Shown here in pieces: positions 30,901-38,559 of a stretch of DNA of 64,000 nucleotides. The notes beneath the pieces were generated by a model, which saw only the letters and a program-made list of their open reading frames with translations, was not told the origin of the DNA and ran no database searches. This DNA comes from a virus. The stretch is from IMG/VR virus record IMGVR_UViG_3300037070_001066, positions 40,772-104,771 of that record; one strand, written 5' to 3'. Every line of letters begins with the position of its first letter. Within the stretch, counting starts at the first letter, position 1. The position numbers were made by a program, and so were the translations under genes.

Positions 30901-31092
30901 TGAAGGATCTCCTTCTTTATATCCTTCAACCCAATCTCCAAATTCTTCTACAAATGCAGATTGTTCACCAGGAACAACATCAAAATAAGCATAAGCTTCC
31001 TCAGCTTTAAACTCATTACTATAGATATGCTCTAATGTTTTAATCAATTTCGATTCAGAACCATTTGTTCTTGTGATCTTTTTACACGCCAT
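21952..31092 (-). CDS. Virion RNA polymerase (crAss-type double-psi beta-barrel) fused to SLOG-like and SF1B helicase domains
   Basis: ADAQAWI, GYRIPNQ and catalytic GSDFDIDK (~27.0 kb); SGGAYGAD...RNYYQV...GGTNTAV; GKAGTGKT, IIIDEASM, GDRGQLPP, RVRQ, TSHKSQGSTY and YTALTRAK. Confidence 0.9.
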   Translation of the reverse strand: MACKKITRTNGSESKLIKTLEHIYSNEFKAEEAYAYFDVVPGEQSAFVEEFGDWVEGYKEGDPSFSKRVYDNGEPKLFYSEESKKYYFISKNDEQIPYPIEKRGLRSVFDYKQMDRIVSRLALNYFKQSPNINFNNIEFEEGEKLPRLRDHVESEIKKKIASLQTEGPKGKFMSRSLGKSLDYLDEYVDRIDNFYKQISIKRVDNDEASDLQTISEEGKDPVFNKASFEQDSKNSLSNNIKLRLSLLENNEERDPVWNEPTFVPFNDVYSTLLNNISNQVALPGEDMFELQRTQIKKIAYKKEYLNQLIGFFNDKRFTESDKNQFAQAFNLHKQNFLVSEIRTKVVDTETSNVEKTFKLDVKEVSESGSKASIVESEWGNNFRLSFLKEDNSFKEGAKANLEGIISELDSLLNLVSKDMSEEEFTKYSNEYVALTRELGVELTKNGFINYLDDNGSKSFNIEHQKGKLTKSVQRTSYVLKKSLNYFKKAHKDFNNPFETQSIFKELAKAESFFLSEGSDASIWTSGKNKWLFSYPSYISTRILQWKKNPELLRNWYDQSAYNKGSELAKYLLALDINPKDEFGNKKVLKDGLKEERRKVSKERLDSLNLGVFNTFQEKDGDYVSASDISYNDYFNDNLNKVLSNSYVRTTTPADKTTDLQIRTGLFVDTTTIRNDEVSINDRTLRLFFNYFNSEFNRMKEANAEVDVAGENPENLRIHYHYKAGSDIYSKNGNAFNSQYFPELSFSEKSDNSAVNEIKSKLYNSDGSIKHTADLSTNPELRSEIEAYINDMLQGGIQETVFSLINQEVVEINKDGYSNKRIDKDVFKKYLENNFGDTTNAVTSAASDFYINGLIQNIEYSKLFTGDVAFYKNMVDYKKRIPGTYTDGLQLRLKEGEETFTAATINSIEIESPVFDKLVEMLGEDGAKPYKKINSADAQAWITPQRWRFLLERLGKWDNKTHNAVYEKMTSDTHPIYTKDELKIMAQPLKGVYFYMNGKTPTYLKYSQAVLTRGLVKNTGLEKLFNGMQEQGVDELITIDGFKVGSPTPTTIHNAKGEIDNVTFNKVSLSNYGWKLQQDLPIKTFKQTDVGSQIQKNIFAGLKFNAKQKGFYLDGKDVTGKEISDGISDIVKGLIGKGLEEVNKEFSIGKSGKINNVKGLYNALVKELEKRGGSKNIIDALNKQVTLYGMPQSIDKIISIYSSIMNDRLIKIKTNGGAFIQMSNFGISKENGDKGIIWSPVLNNGDTTFEPTIYVDEDTGKTKIRPGGILISGSFIAKYIPDYKKYKAEELFGYTDEDGNKVEGIIDDRILSNIVGYRIPNQGLSSNDALQIVGILPEENGDTIVAYTGITTKTGSDFDIDKMFIMMSNYTLSEGKLKYTEYNPELSNEEQSKEAVQNRLVELYKAVLTNPKVIKDVMKPVDIKFIENEIKDLVKADTSKPMFHFDAVSDIKLRYEFIGGKAGVGQEANALVDINRIGNLSLNKYYIGWGHSEVRNNIRETVFDKEFSEQLSPSDLEYYLKAMNGSEELANEISKVKIGDSLTAILNAFVDIAKDPYITRGNWTTSTTNIGNLLLRSGTHPLYVTAFMAQPIIKQYVQYQSSLESITSKNSGDTKTKFKRNLVLENLIKLQDEKGFPYGVVYQKMKADGILNDKALDKGVSEIKKVLGKKATFDEINPILDEIRDAHNEIFKEETVNITSKEYDLQFFREQITGKPDGPFQLAVYKKFLELQEVSKTMKENVDVSKLDTNGMGKNINSLYSIFNLKQYILGKEENDNYKALNGLQSKFDNTTLGHYFESLKEMMRIVQSNPSLFPQGQEKVQKMFNTISDDLYSMPATNEELTTDLEKNYYTYVMSNFNPFNLSEEESRDLLNNLPAKFDEFRKEYRGKYMILDELQIKRDGKVKIISLNNRKKSTSFEEKFTDSWRDLRLDHVQFAEDLIKYSFLTSGFRMNSNQFYTYIPHEYMINEGVNYFVPKFSRANQEDFIDKFYLNNTHKYKYVPLVFENEMVTRDKESGFIKKESGKSRFYVQLDDNHIYKLEGYDSENKGIYTRVNPLGKKLKGSVVIEYGDRFIKRPELSNKEEIDYLMNMVVTERENFNPNFELSEVDERIEEPGKPVEVKELAPVYRKVEDIKDSIVLKEPVLEVSSMSEITNHSGGAYGADTYFDIIGREFGVTEHKHYREGKNTGLSQKLKNSKVEATVLTDEQMETARIEVERLLGKKFPNTVQGNLQVRNYYQVANSDAVFAVAPLDINDKFNSTAVHGGTNTAVQLGIKLRKPVYVWDTKTEKWNRWNGKYFELHKPPILTKDFAGVGTRDIENYNTLDKSTNKWTPRQEYLGTKKEEAAKQAIRDLYKRTEEAIMDAADADVVPHELTEEEYEAVKREAGTNIKKIEPISEYPLEIGRFVDYNGVPYIVTQFNAIGTVQIYNPGMEGALAKLSVSKSKLTSRKEKGKFVTYLGSDYVVTPNNTIISLTNNKIMKWVDESSERRNILSLAEHGILATPKVDIITNPPYDSINNKQVFKPANEQQENAINVIQEFVKNGNPGEILVIEGKAGTGKTTIVQEAIAPFVNAGKKILIAALSHKAKLVLSEKLDNRYPGKIESGSIAGILGKTMDVETGEFTDSFSEDAKITKHDIIIIDEASMVNEEAIEMMMEMKRRSAKLVFLGDRGQLPPIRDLKNPYYHGWSKTDLDSISPVFDSENKASLTERVRQGEESPILPFADYYWDNSELETSQQDPVPDGVMKDTLSPKGNLVFVRSFGHIFEDVVDSFKRGILEQNPNVIKVVTYRNATRTAYNNDIRKAVFGEDVPQLIENDIIMFQDNFDVDSRTKVSNSDEFSIKGVRKTTYNGFQAYAVTVERGDGTNTDMSFPVLADESKVEFNERVAEMFAKAKQMPPGALRKQMYAQAWGLKKSFANIDYAYAITSHKSQGSTYDSVIVDIQDINSVGPLSAKSKSRSIYTALTRAKTTVIGISNKAETIEGNASRALNLTGEETTEQDYDKFIEDSWNKHSKAFQQADPTMTKESFMALSDDEKEKLIECYGK

Positions 31093-31104
31093 TTTTTATA
31101 GTTT

Positions 31105-31140
31105 ATGTAAATATACAATTTTTTTATTTAATATGCAAAT
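31105..31140 (-). promoter_or_regulatory. Bacteroidetes-type promoter upstream of the vRNAP gene
   Basis: Minus strand ATTTGCATAT-N14-GTATATTTACAT, i.e. TTTG-N20-TATATTTA, close to the -33 TTTG / -7 TAnnTTTG consensus. Same boxes recur at 50601-50636. Confidence 0.65.
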
Positions 31141-34100
31141 TAAAATCCACATATTTGTTTTATATCGTCAATAGACTTGTTATTTTTCTTAGCAACATCT
31201 ATTAGCTCATTAAAAGTCTTATTAAGATTCTCTGAAGAGAAAGATTCATCAGAAGTGTATTTATCTAAAACGTTGAATTTGTCAGCAAGACTAAATATAA
31301 CTTCTGCCTTAGTATCATCATCAACTTTATTAAATAAAATTTCTAATTCATTGACATTAGTTTTAACATCTTGTTTACTATTAGGAGCTTCTTCTTTCTT
31401 TTTCTTGGCATTAAGCATATCTTGAAATAATTGACTAGTTCTAGCAACTTTACCTTCTTCATTAGACTCTACAGTAATCTCCTTCTTAACTTCCTCTTTA
31501 ACTTTCTTAGCAACAGGTTTGCTATTTTTAACGTCCTGATTAAGATATATATTACTATATCCTTGAAATGTAGGTTGATTAACTACAGCATTTGTTGTCA
31601 ATAGTGGCATATTCTTATTTAGAAGGTATTCTACATATGCTGGGTTATTGAAAACAAACTGACCTGGAGCATCTCTAGTTATAAGAATGTTATGTCTCTT
31701 ATATTGAACATATCTCATTATAGCCTCTCTAGCTTCAGGAGAAGCTAACTCTTCTTTAGTTATAGACAATTTATGTTCAAATCCAGAACCATCTAATAAA
31801 TGCATTGCTAATGAACCTAGAATTAAATTACCGTCAGGCATTAAATTAAAACCAGTTTTAGGATTTAAACTTTTATGATATATGATTAAGTCTAATAACC
31901 TAGAAAGACTTTCATTCCTTTCATCACCTTTAGCAGTTCTTTTAACAAATCCTATCTCACCTTTCAAAGCTTCTTGTAATGAAGCACTAAGATCTGGATC
32001 TATTTCATCTAATTGTTTAAAGAATTGTCCTACAGTTAAAGCTTGAAAACTAGTCTTCTTGCCTATAGACTGAGATACTTGACTTAAAGATTTAACAATC
32101 TCATATACAGCTTCAGCTTTCTCTTCATTTATTCTAGACACATTTAGCTTTAAAGGGAATGGAGTTCCATTGTTTTGATTGACCATAAGGAAAACTTCTC
32201 CCTTAGACTTTATACCAATATTAGTTTGCATAATATGATCTTTGTCTAATGTACTAACTAAGTTTCCTTCCCAGTTAACATAACCAGTATTCTTTTGAAA
32301 ATATTCAATCTTCTGAGCTTTAGTCATACCATCAAATACCTGTAAATCAAGTACACTGTTCATTGGAACAGGACCATCCTCTTCTCTCTGAGTTATTTTA
32401 AGGACTCCAGGGAACTGATCTATTACGTTTGATGATATACCATCAAAACCTTTATTTAATACAGCCTGAGCGATTATATTGCGTCTGAGAGGCATAGTTT
32501 GCTTCTCTAGTATCTCTTGAGAATCAGGATGAGCTTGATTGTCTTCAGTTTTGTTTTCTATAAAAGAATGTACTTTTTTCTCTTTACCATCTTTCTTGTA
32601 TGTAAACGTAACTCTAATAGGTAATTCATCTTCAAGTAACTTAATGTCGCTTGCTGTGGCAATACCAGAAACTAAATTATTAAATGCAGCTTCGACTTCT
32701 TTAGTAGTTGTCTTAATTACTTTACCAACATTATTAGGATCTGCTATAGAACTTACAAATGAGAAAGTTACTCCGTCACCAGATTTATCTCTAGGAGTTC
32801 TTTCATATTCAACGAAAGATTCTAAATTAGGATATAAAGCTTTGCCAGTTTTTCTTTTTGTACTAATAACTTTAGCTCCAGCTTGAGGAGAATCTAAATC
32901 ATCGTCAATTTCTTTCTCAGTTTTGTTAGCTCCAGTTTCAACTTCTTCATCTTCAACTTCATCTTCTCTAGTAGGTAATGATTCAGATTGATAATCTCCT
33001 TCTTCATCTTCAGTTACAGGAGGAACTACGATTTCTACAACTTCTTCAGGTTCGTCTATCTTTTGAGTTTCTTCTAGTTCTGTTTGAATGTTTTTCTCTA
33101 CCTCTTTTTCTACAGCCTCTTCTTCGTTTAATTGATCTTCTTTTTCTTTAATCTTCTGAGCTATAACAGGATTCTTGACTAGAGGATTAACCTTCCTATC
33201 TTTAAGATTCTGTATATCTTCCCAAAACTCTCGTTCATTATTTAATGAATTAAGAGCTTGCTTATTAATTACAGCCTTATTTATCCTATTAAGTTTATCT
33301 TTAGTGTCTTTTAAATCAGATTTAGCTTCTTGTAAGTTTTTAGATGTTCTAAGAAACTCATCTCTAACATACTTATAATCTTCCATATTAGTACCAGGCT
33401 TAATCTTGCCTAACATGTCTGCATATGTCTCAAGTATACCTTTAAGTACAGTTCTATATCCATCTAATGAATCTACAGCTTCTTCAAGTTCTTCAACTCT
33501 ACGTTCTGTACCTAATTGATGTGTTAACAAAACTCCTAAGTCTTGACGATGATCTTTAAATAGATCTGAACTTTTATTTAAGTAATCTACAATATCCTGA
33601 ATGGTTTCTAATTCAAGATTATTCACTTGATTATACCTGTCAAAGATATAGTTAATTTCTTTATTTAGTTGTTTAAGTTCACCTTCAAGGTCATTGATAG
33701 CTTTTTCATACCTAGAGATGTCTTTATTAACCTCTTCTAGCTGGTTTTCAGCCTCTCTAATGAGTTGTTTTAATATTTTGGCATTACGACCTCTAGGAGA
33801 TTTATTCTCTTCTTGTAGAGCCTTAATTAAAGCCTTCTGAATTGATATAAGATTGTTTAACTCGTCTTGATGTTTAGATAAAGTCTCTTGAACTTCTTCA
33901 GCATGACTATAATATTCGTCTAATACATCTTCTAAAGTATCTTTAAAAGCTTCTTGCTCTTCAATTCTTCCTGACAATGTATCTTCTATATCATCTATTA
34001 AGTCATTAATTGCAGATGAAGTCATATTCAATGCTTTCAACTTATCTAAATTTGACTTTAAATTAGAAGTAGAATCATCATTTGATATACTTTTAGAAAC

Positions 34101-36578
34101 TTGACTAACAACATGTTCTTCTGTTGCTCTATCATAATCTTCATTAGATACATGAGCAGGAAGCATCAACATATTTAACTCATCTTTTGATTGAGCAGAA
34201 TCAACATTGTCTATAAACTCTTGAGCCTTAGCAACAGCTTCAGGTGAAGATGCATTTTCTTCAGCTTTCTCATGACCTATGAACTTATTAAAAGCTTCTT
34301 GAATATTGTCTCCACCTTTCCAAATATCAGCAATATCTTTCTTATGTTTTTCAACTTCTAATTTTTTAGCTTGATAATCTTTATCTATATTTTTAATTAA
34401 TTCATTTGATTCTAAGGCTTCTTTTGTTTTAGTAGCTCTTTCTTCTAATTTTTCATCAGTTACTAATCCTGGTTTCATTTTACTAGTAGGGAATTCAGAA
34501 GTAGGATCATATAATTCATCTACTCCAGCTTCATCATAAGCTTTTCTTCTTTTATCTTCTAGTTTTTTTAAGTCATTTTCAGCGTTTCTAAGGGCATATT
34601 TTGAGTTAAGGTAACTTGCACTAAGTCTTTCAAAGAATTGTTCCTTATGCGCCTCCGTACCATCTCTATTGTCAAGTCTAATGACGTCTCTACTAAAGTC
34701 TTGAAACCTTTCTTTTTGAGACTGTAACCATTTAGCGCTTTCTAATGTTTCTTTAACAAAGTTTTTAGAGTTATCTTTAGAGTCAGACTTAGCATCTCTT
34801 TCTACAATTTCATTGAATTGAGCATCTTGATTAAGCTTTTGTTCTAACGCTTTTAAGCCAGCCTCTCCATTATGAATAGCTGGCATTATTAAATTAAATA
34901 TTGCTTGTCTCTTAATTTGATCAACAACTTCTGTATTGCCAGATTGAACAGCTAAATCGAAAAGTGCAGATTGTCTCTCTGTAAAGTTTAAATTCTTGGC
35001 AACTCTTCTTACTTCTTTGTTGTCTAAAATTCTTTCAGTAGTTTCTTCACCATTTTCATCTAACTTGTATTCAAAAGAACCGTCTTCTTTCTTTTTGTAT
35101 ATGTTATTTTCAAATGTAGTGTTGAAATTTAATATCTCACTATCTATGTTATCAAGAATTGCATTAGTTCTTTTTCTATTTTTAACATCTTCTTTTCTTC
35201 CTTGATAAGACATCATTGGTCCTCCAAGAACTCCTCCTAAGAATATAGCTTTCTGTCCTTCTACTGTAGATAAAGTATTGGCATACTCTTTAGTAAACTC
35301 TCCAATTAAGTCAAATGAATTAGCATCTTTCTTTCCCAATTCACCTCTCATTGCTTTGTTTACAAACATATTCTCTACAGTGGTTTGAGAACCTTCTTCC
35401 CACAAACCTTCAGATACTCCTGCTTCTCCCCATCTTAGAGCAGCTTTACCAGCTCTTTTTGCAATACCTTTAATTCCTACTTCAGCAGTTTTTTCAAACT
35501 TCTCTGCAGCTTTACCCCATATGGCCTTATGCATTATAGCATTAGGCCCTAACAAGATAGCGACGTTAGATACAAATGTGTCTCGCATTGCTAAAGCACG
35601 TTGAGCGCTAAAAGCTTTTTCTGCCTCTTCACCTATATTTTGAGATAATTCATTATATTGGTCTATGCTTATTTGACCTGATCTTCTTTGTTGATCAAGC
35701 TCTGTCATTCTTTTTTTATTGTATGTTTCTACAAATTGTGGCTTTTTAGCATCTAAATCATCACCAACACCTTTAGCCTCAGCTCCTGCTTCTAATAATG
35801 TATTTCCTGTTACAGATAATGCTGTGTCTATATTTCTACCAGTCATTCCCATAAGCTTAGCAACTTGTGTGCCTTCTTCAGCTTTACCTGCCATATTAGT
35901 TAACCATCCTAATTTCTTAGAATTAGCTGCAGATTCAACAAGTTTACTTCCTAAGCCTAACTTTTCAAATGCCATTCCAGGGGCCATCATTCCTACAAGA
36001 AATCCAAGTCCATCAGCACCATCAGTTGCCCAAAAAGCTGTGGAAGATATATTGTCCCAAAGGTTACCTTCTTTCATTGCTTTAGACGCATAAACAGGAA
36101 GTAAATCTTCATTTACATTCTTGTTTAATTTATCTACACTTTTAACCCATTCATTATTAAATATAGTGTCAAAACCTTCACCATCTTCAGCAAAAGGAGC
36201 TGCAATAGCACCAGCAATTACTCCAGGAATTTTAGCAACCTCAGCTGCAGCTTTAGCTACTGCTCTTGTAGGAAGTTTACCTAATTGCTCCCATCCAGAT
36301 TGGTTCTCAGCTCGTATATCTTCATATGGATCTTCAGCGTTTAAATTAGCGAATTGATCAAGTAATGGATTTGTGCCAGGAGTTACTTCATCTTGATTAG
36401 ACGAATTAATATTAACACTATGTCTTTCTGTATCAAAAGCATTAGAAGTAGCTGTTCTTAGTTTGCCTTTTTGAGATGACCATTGTTTATACGCATTTGT
36501 ATTAGCAAGACTATCTAAAAACTTATCATCATAACTACTTGCTGTCTTCTTTCCTTTAGGCGGATCTATTTCACTCAT
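31140..36578 (-). CDS. Large virion cargo/ejection protein (about 1812 aa)
   Basis: N-terminal Gly/Ala-rich hydrophobic segments (e.g. SEGLWEEGSQ region), long coiled coil and acidic linker; directly upstream of vRNAP. ATG at 36578 preferred over the track start at 36608. Confidence 0.75.
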   Translation of the reverse strand: MSEIDPPKGKKTASSYDDKFLDSLANTNAYKQWSSQKGKLRTATSNAFDTERHSVNINSSNQDEVTPGTNPLLDQFANLNAEDPYEDIRAENQSGWEQLGKLPTRAVAKAAAEVAKIPGVIAGAIAAPFAEDGEGFDTIFNNEWVKSVDKLNKNVNEDLLPVYASKAMKEGNLWDNISSTAFWATDGADGLGFLVGMMAPGMAFEKLGLGSKLVESAANSKKLGWLTNMAGKAEEGTQVAKLMGMTGRNIDTALSVTGNTLLEAGAEAKGVGDDLDAKKPQFVETYNKKRMTELDQQRRSGQISIDQYNELSQNIGEEAEKAFSAQRALAMRDTFVSNVAILLGPNAIMHKAIWGKAAEKFEKTAEVGIKGIAKRAGKAALRWGEAGVSEGLWEEGSQTTVENMFVNKAMRGELGKKDANSFDLIGEFTKEYANTLSTVEGQKAIFLGGVLGGPMMSYQGRKEDVKNRKRTNAILDNIDSEILNFNTTFENNIYKKKEDGSFEYKLDENGEETTERILDNKEVRRVAKNLNFTERQSALFDLAVQSGNTEVVDQIKRQAIFNLIMPAIHNGEAGLKALEQKLNQDAQFNEIVERDAKSDSKDNSKNFVKETLESAKWLQSQKERFQDFSRDVIRLDNRDGTEAHKEQFFERLSASYLNSKYALRNAENDLKKLEDKRRKAYDEAGVDELYDPTSEFPTSKMKPGLVTDEKLEERATKTKEALESNELIKNIDKDYQAKKLEVEKHKKDIADIWKGGDNIQEAFNKFIGHEKAEENASSPEAVAKAQEFIDNVDSAQSKDELNMLMLPAHVSNEDYDRATEEHVVSQVSKSISNDDSTSNLKSNLDKLKALNMTSSAINDLIDDIEDTLSGRIEEQEAFKDTLEDVLDEYYSHAEEVQETLSKHQDELNNLISIQKALIKALQEENKSPRGRNAKILKQLIREAENQLEEVNKDISRYEKAINDLEGELKQLNKEINYIFDRYNQVNNLELETIQDIVDYLNKSSDLFKDHRQDLGVLLTHQLGTERRVEELEEAVDSLDGYRTVLKGILETYADMLGKIKPGTNMEDYKYVRDEFLRTSKNLQEAKSDLKDTKDKLNRINKAVINKQALNSLNNEREFWEDIQNLKDRKVNPLVKNPVIAQKIKEKEDQLNEEEAVEKEVEKNIQTELEETQKIDEPEEVVEIVVPPVTEDEEGDYQSESLPTREDEVEDEEVETGANKTEKEIDDDLDSPQAGAKVISTKRKTGKALYPNLESFVEYERTPRDKSGDGVTFSFVSSIADPNNVGKVIKTTTKEVEAAFNNLVSGIATASDIKLLEDELPIRVTFTYKKDGKEKKVHSFIENKTEDNQAHPDSQEILEKQTMPLRRNIIAQAVLNKGFDGISSNVIDQFPGVLKITQREEDGPVPMNSVLDLQVFDGMTKAQKIEYFQKNTGYVNWEGNLVSTLDKDHIMQTNIGIKSKGEVFLMVNQNNGTPFPLKLNVSRINEEKAEAVYEIVKSLSQVSQSIGKKTSFQALTVGQFFKQLDEIDPDLSASLQEALKGEIGFVKRTAKGDERNESLSRLLDLIIYHKSLNPKTGFNLMPDGNLILGSLAMHLLDGSGFEHKLSITKEELASPEAREAIMRYVQYKRHNILITRDAPGQFVFNNPAYVEYLLNKNMPLLTTNAVVNQPTFQGYSNIYLNQDVKNSKPVAKKVKEEVKKEITVESNEEGKVARTSQLFQDMLNAKKKKEEAPNSKQDVKTNVNELEILFNKVDDDTKAEVIFSLADKFNVLDKYTSDESFSSENLNKTFNELIDVAKKNNKSIDDIKQICGF

Positions 36579-36579
36579 C

Positions 36580-38559
36580 TTATTTCTTTTTAGCTTGATT
36601 CTTGGCAATTCGTATCATCAATGCTTCTCTTGCATCTGAATCTACTTCTGCTCTTTGAACTAATTCTTTAGTTGGAATATTAGCGTATTGATTTTCTATT
36701 AATGCATTAGAAACTTCTGATCCTTGAAAATTACCAGTAACTTCATTTCTACCTCCCTTATCTTTCCAGAAATCAGCTATAGCTCCAGATAAAGATTTAT
36801 ATCCAGCTGCTGATCCTGCATCAAAAGAGTTAGAGAATTTTTTAAGTCTAAATGTTACAGTAACAGGTTTCTCTGCTCCTCCATATTGATCGTCTTCTCC
36901 TTGAATTCCTTTTAAATCATAATCACTAGCACCTTTTCCAGTGTTAAATGTCATTGTAATCTCAGGAGTTTTACTATCTCCATATGTTTTAATATTGTTT
37001 ATTTTAAATGATTTTGGATCACCATTTTTCAACAACTCTTGTATGTTAGAAACATCTTTACTATTAACATCTTTTCTATTACCACTAGGAGTTGAAATAC
37101 TTGTTAAATCTAATACGTTTCCTAAACTAGGAATACCTCTTAATGTATTATAAACACCTTCATTATGTAAATTCCAAATACTTTCCTCTTTAGGATTAGT
37201 TGGCATATATGAATAGTTATGTCTAGTTGAAGAAGATTCTTTCCAAGCAGCATTTTTTATTTCAGTATATTGACCATCTATTTGCCTAAGATCATTTCTT
37301 AATTTAGCTGTTTTAATTCTTGAACTCTTACCATTAAAGGTTGGAGCATTATATTCTATTTCAGCTAAATAATCATTATCACTCATTCCAGGTTTTCTTG
37401 GAACTTTGAATTCTTCTCCAAGTTTTTTAGCTTCTTCTTGTATTTTCTTTCTCTTCATATTAAGAGCAACATATTCTTTATTCTGATTTAATTTAGAATC
37501 TGCATTTCTTCTTAATTCATTTAAGTCTTCTAATTTAGCGGCATCTGCTGCACTAAGAGCTCCTTTTGATCCAGAAAGTCTTTTGATTTCAGTAAGAGCA
37601 TCTGTGTAAGTTTTGTTGTCTACAGCATTACTTTGTAATGTACTATCATTACTTATAATGGTTCCACTTCCAAAACCTTCTTCTGCTTTAGGATTTAAGG
37701 ACTCTGGTATGCTAAAATTTTCTCCTCTAGTGTCTTCGCTTCCTGTAGATACCATAGAACCAAATTTACCTTTAGCTTGATTTTGTAAGTTTTGTAAATC
37801 TAGTCCAGCATGTTCTGCCCACTTACGTCCTTCTCCTTCTTTTTCAAACCATCTGGCATTAAATGCCTTAATAGCGTCATTAACTTGAGGAACATTAGTT
37901 GAAGTTGTAAGATTACCTTTTCTATCAGCAAACATCATTTTACCTGTAGTAGAGTCTTGGAACACTCTATACCCGCTATTAGCTAATGCTGTAGAGTTAT
38001 GTCCTAAGATAGACTTAGCTTCCAATATATCTTTATCAAAGTCTTGCTTAGCAGGTGCTCCGTAAGCTCCTATATTAGATATTTTGTTATTACTATCAAA
38101 TCCTGTATAGTTATCTTTAGCATATTTAGCCCAATTCTCTTCAGCTCTAGCTTTACCTATTCCAGATTTATCTACAGCATCTTTAATATAAGCTTCTTTT
38201 TCTTTTGCATAAATTTCTTTAGCTGTATTAATTCTACCAATCTCTCCAGTAGGAGAAACTAAATCTTGTATTTCTCTATTTAGTCCTAAGGTCTTGCCTA
38301 TCATATCAGGATTAACTCCTTGAGAAGCAAGTTCTGCAGCAGTGGCGTCCATTTTACCTTCAATACCTTTCTTTAACTCAAGAGCTCTTTGATAATGAAC
38401 GTCTAACGGATCTACCTTAGCTAATCCACTACGTATTGCTTCTTGCTGAGCTATTACAGCATCATGCTGCTTCCGCTTCATGGCAGGAAGCATGGCTATT
38501 TCTTCCAAAGTTAGAGGAGTGTATGCGCTAGGCGATAAATTTGTGTAACGGTTAGCCAT
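36580..38559 (-). CDS. Putative virion cargo protein (659 aa)
   Basis: Cys-free helical protein in the cargo gene block; N-terminus MANRY...YTPL. Confidence 0.65.
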   Translation of the reverse strand: MANRYTNLSPSAYTPLTLEEIAMLPAMKRKQHDAVIAQQEAIRSGLAKVDPLDVHYQRALELKKGIEGKMDATAAELASQGVNPDMIGKTLGLNREIQDLVSPTGEIGRINTAKEIYAKEKEAYIKDAVDKSGIGKARAEENWAKYAKDNYTGFDSNNKISNIGAYGAPAKQDFDKDILEAKSILGHNSTALANSGYRVFQDSTTGKMMFADRKGNLTTSTNVPQVNDAIKAFNARWFEKEGEGRKWAEHAGLDLQNLQNQAKGKFGSMVSTGSEDTRGENFSIPESLNPKAEEGFGSGTIISNDSTLQSNAVDNKTYTDALTEIKRLSGSKGALSAADAAKLEDLNELRRNADSKLNQNKEYVALNMKRKKIQEEAKKLGEEFKVPRKPGMSDNDYLAEIEYNAPTFNGKSSRIKTAKLRNDLRQIDGQYTEIKNAAWKESSSTRHNYSYMPTNPKEESIWNLHNEGVYNTLRGIPSLGNVLDLTSISTPSGNRKDVNSKDVSNIQELLKNGDPKSFKINNIKTYGDSKTPEITMTFNTGKGASDYDLKGIQGEDDQYGGAEKPVTVTFRLKKFSNSFDAGSAAGYKSLSGAIADFWKDKGGRNEVTGNFQGSEVSNALIENQYANIPTKELVQRAEVDSDAREALMIRIAKNQAKKK

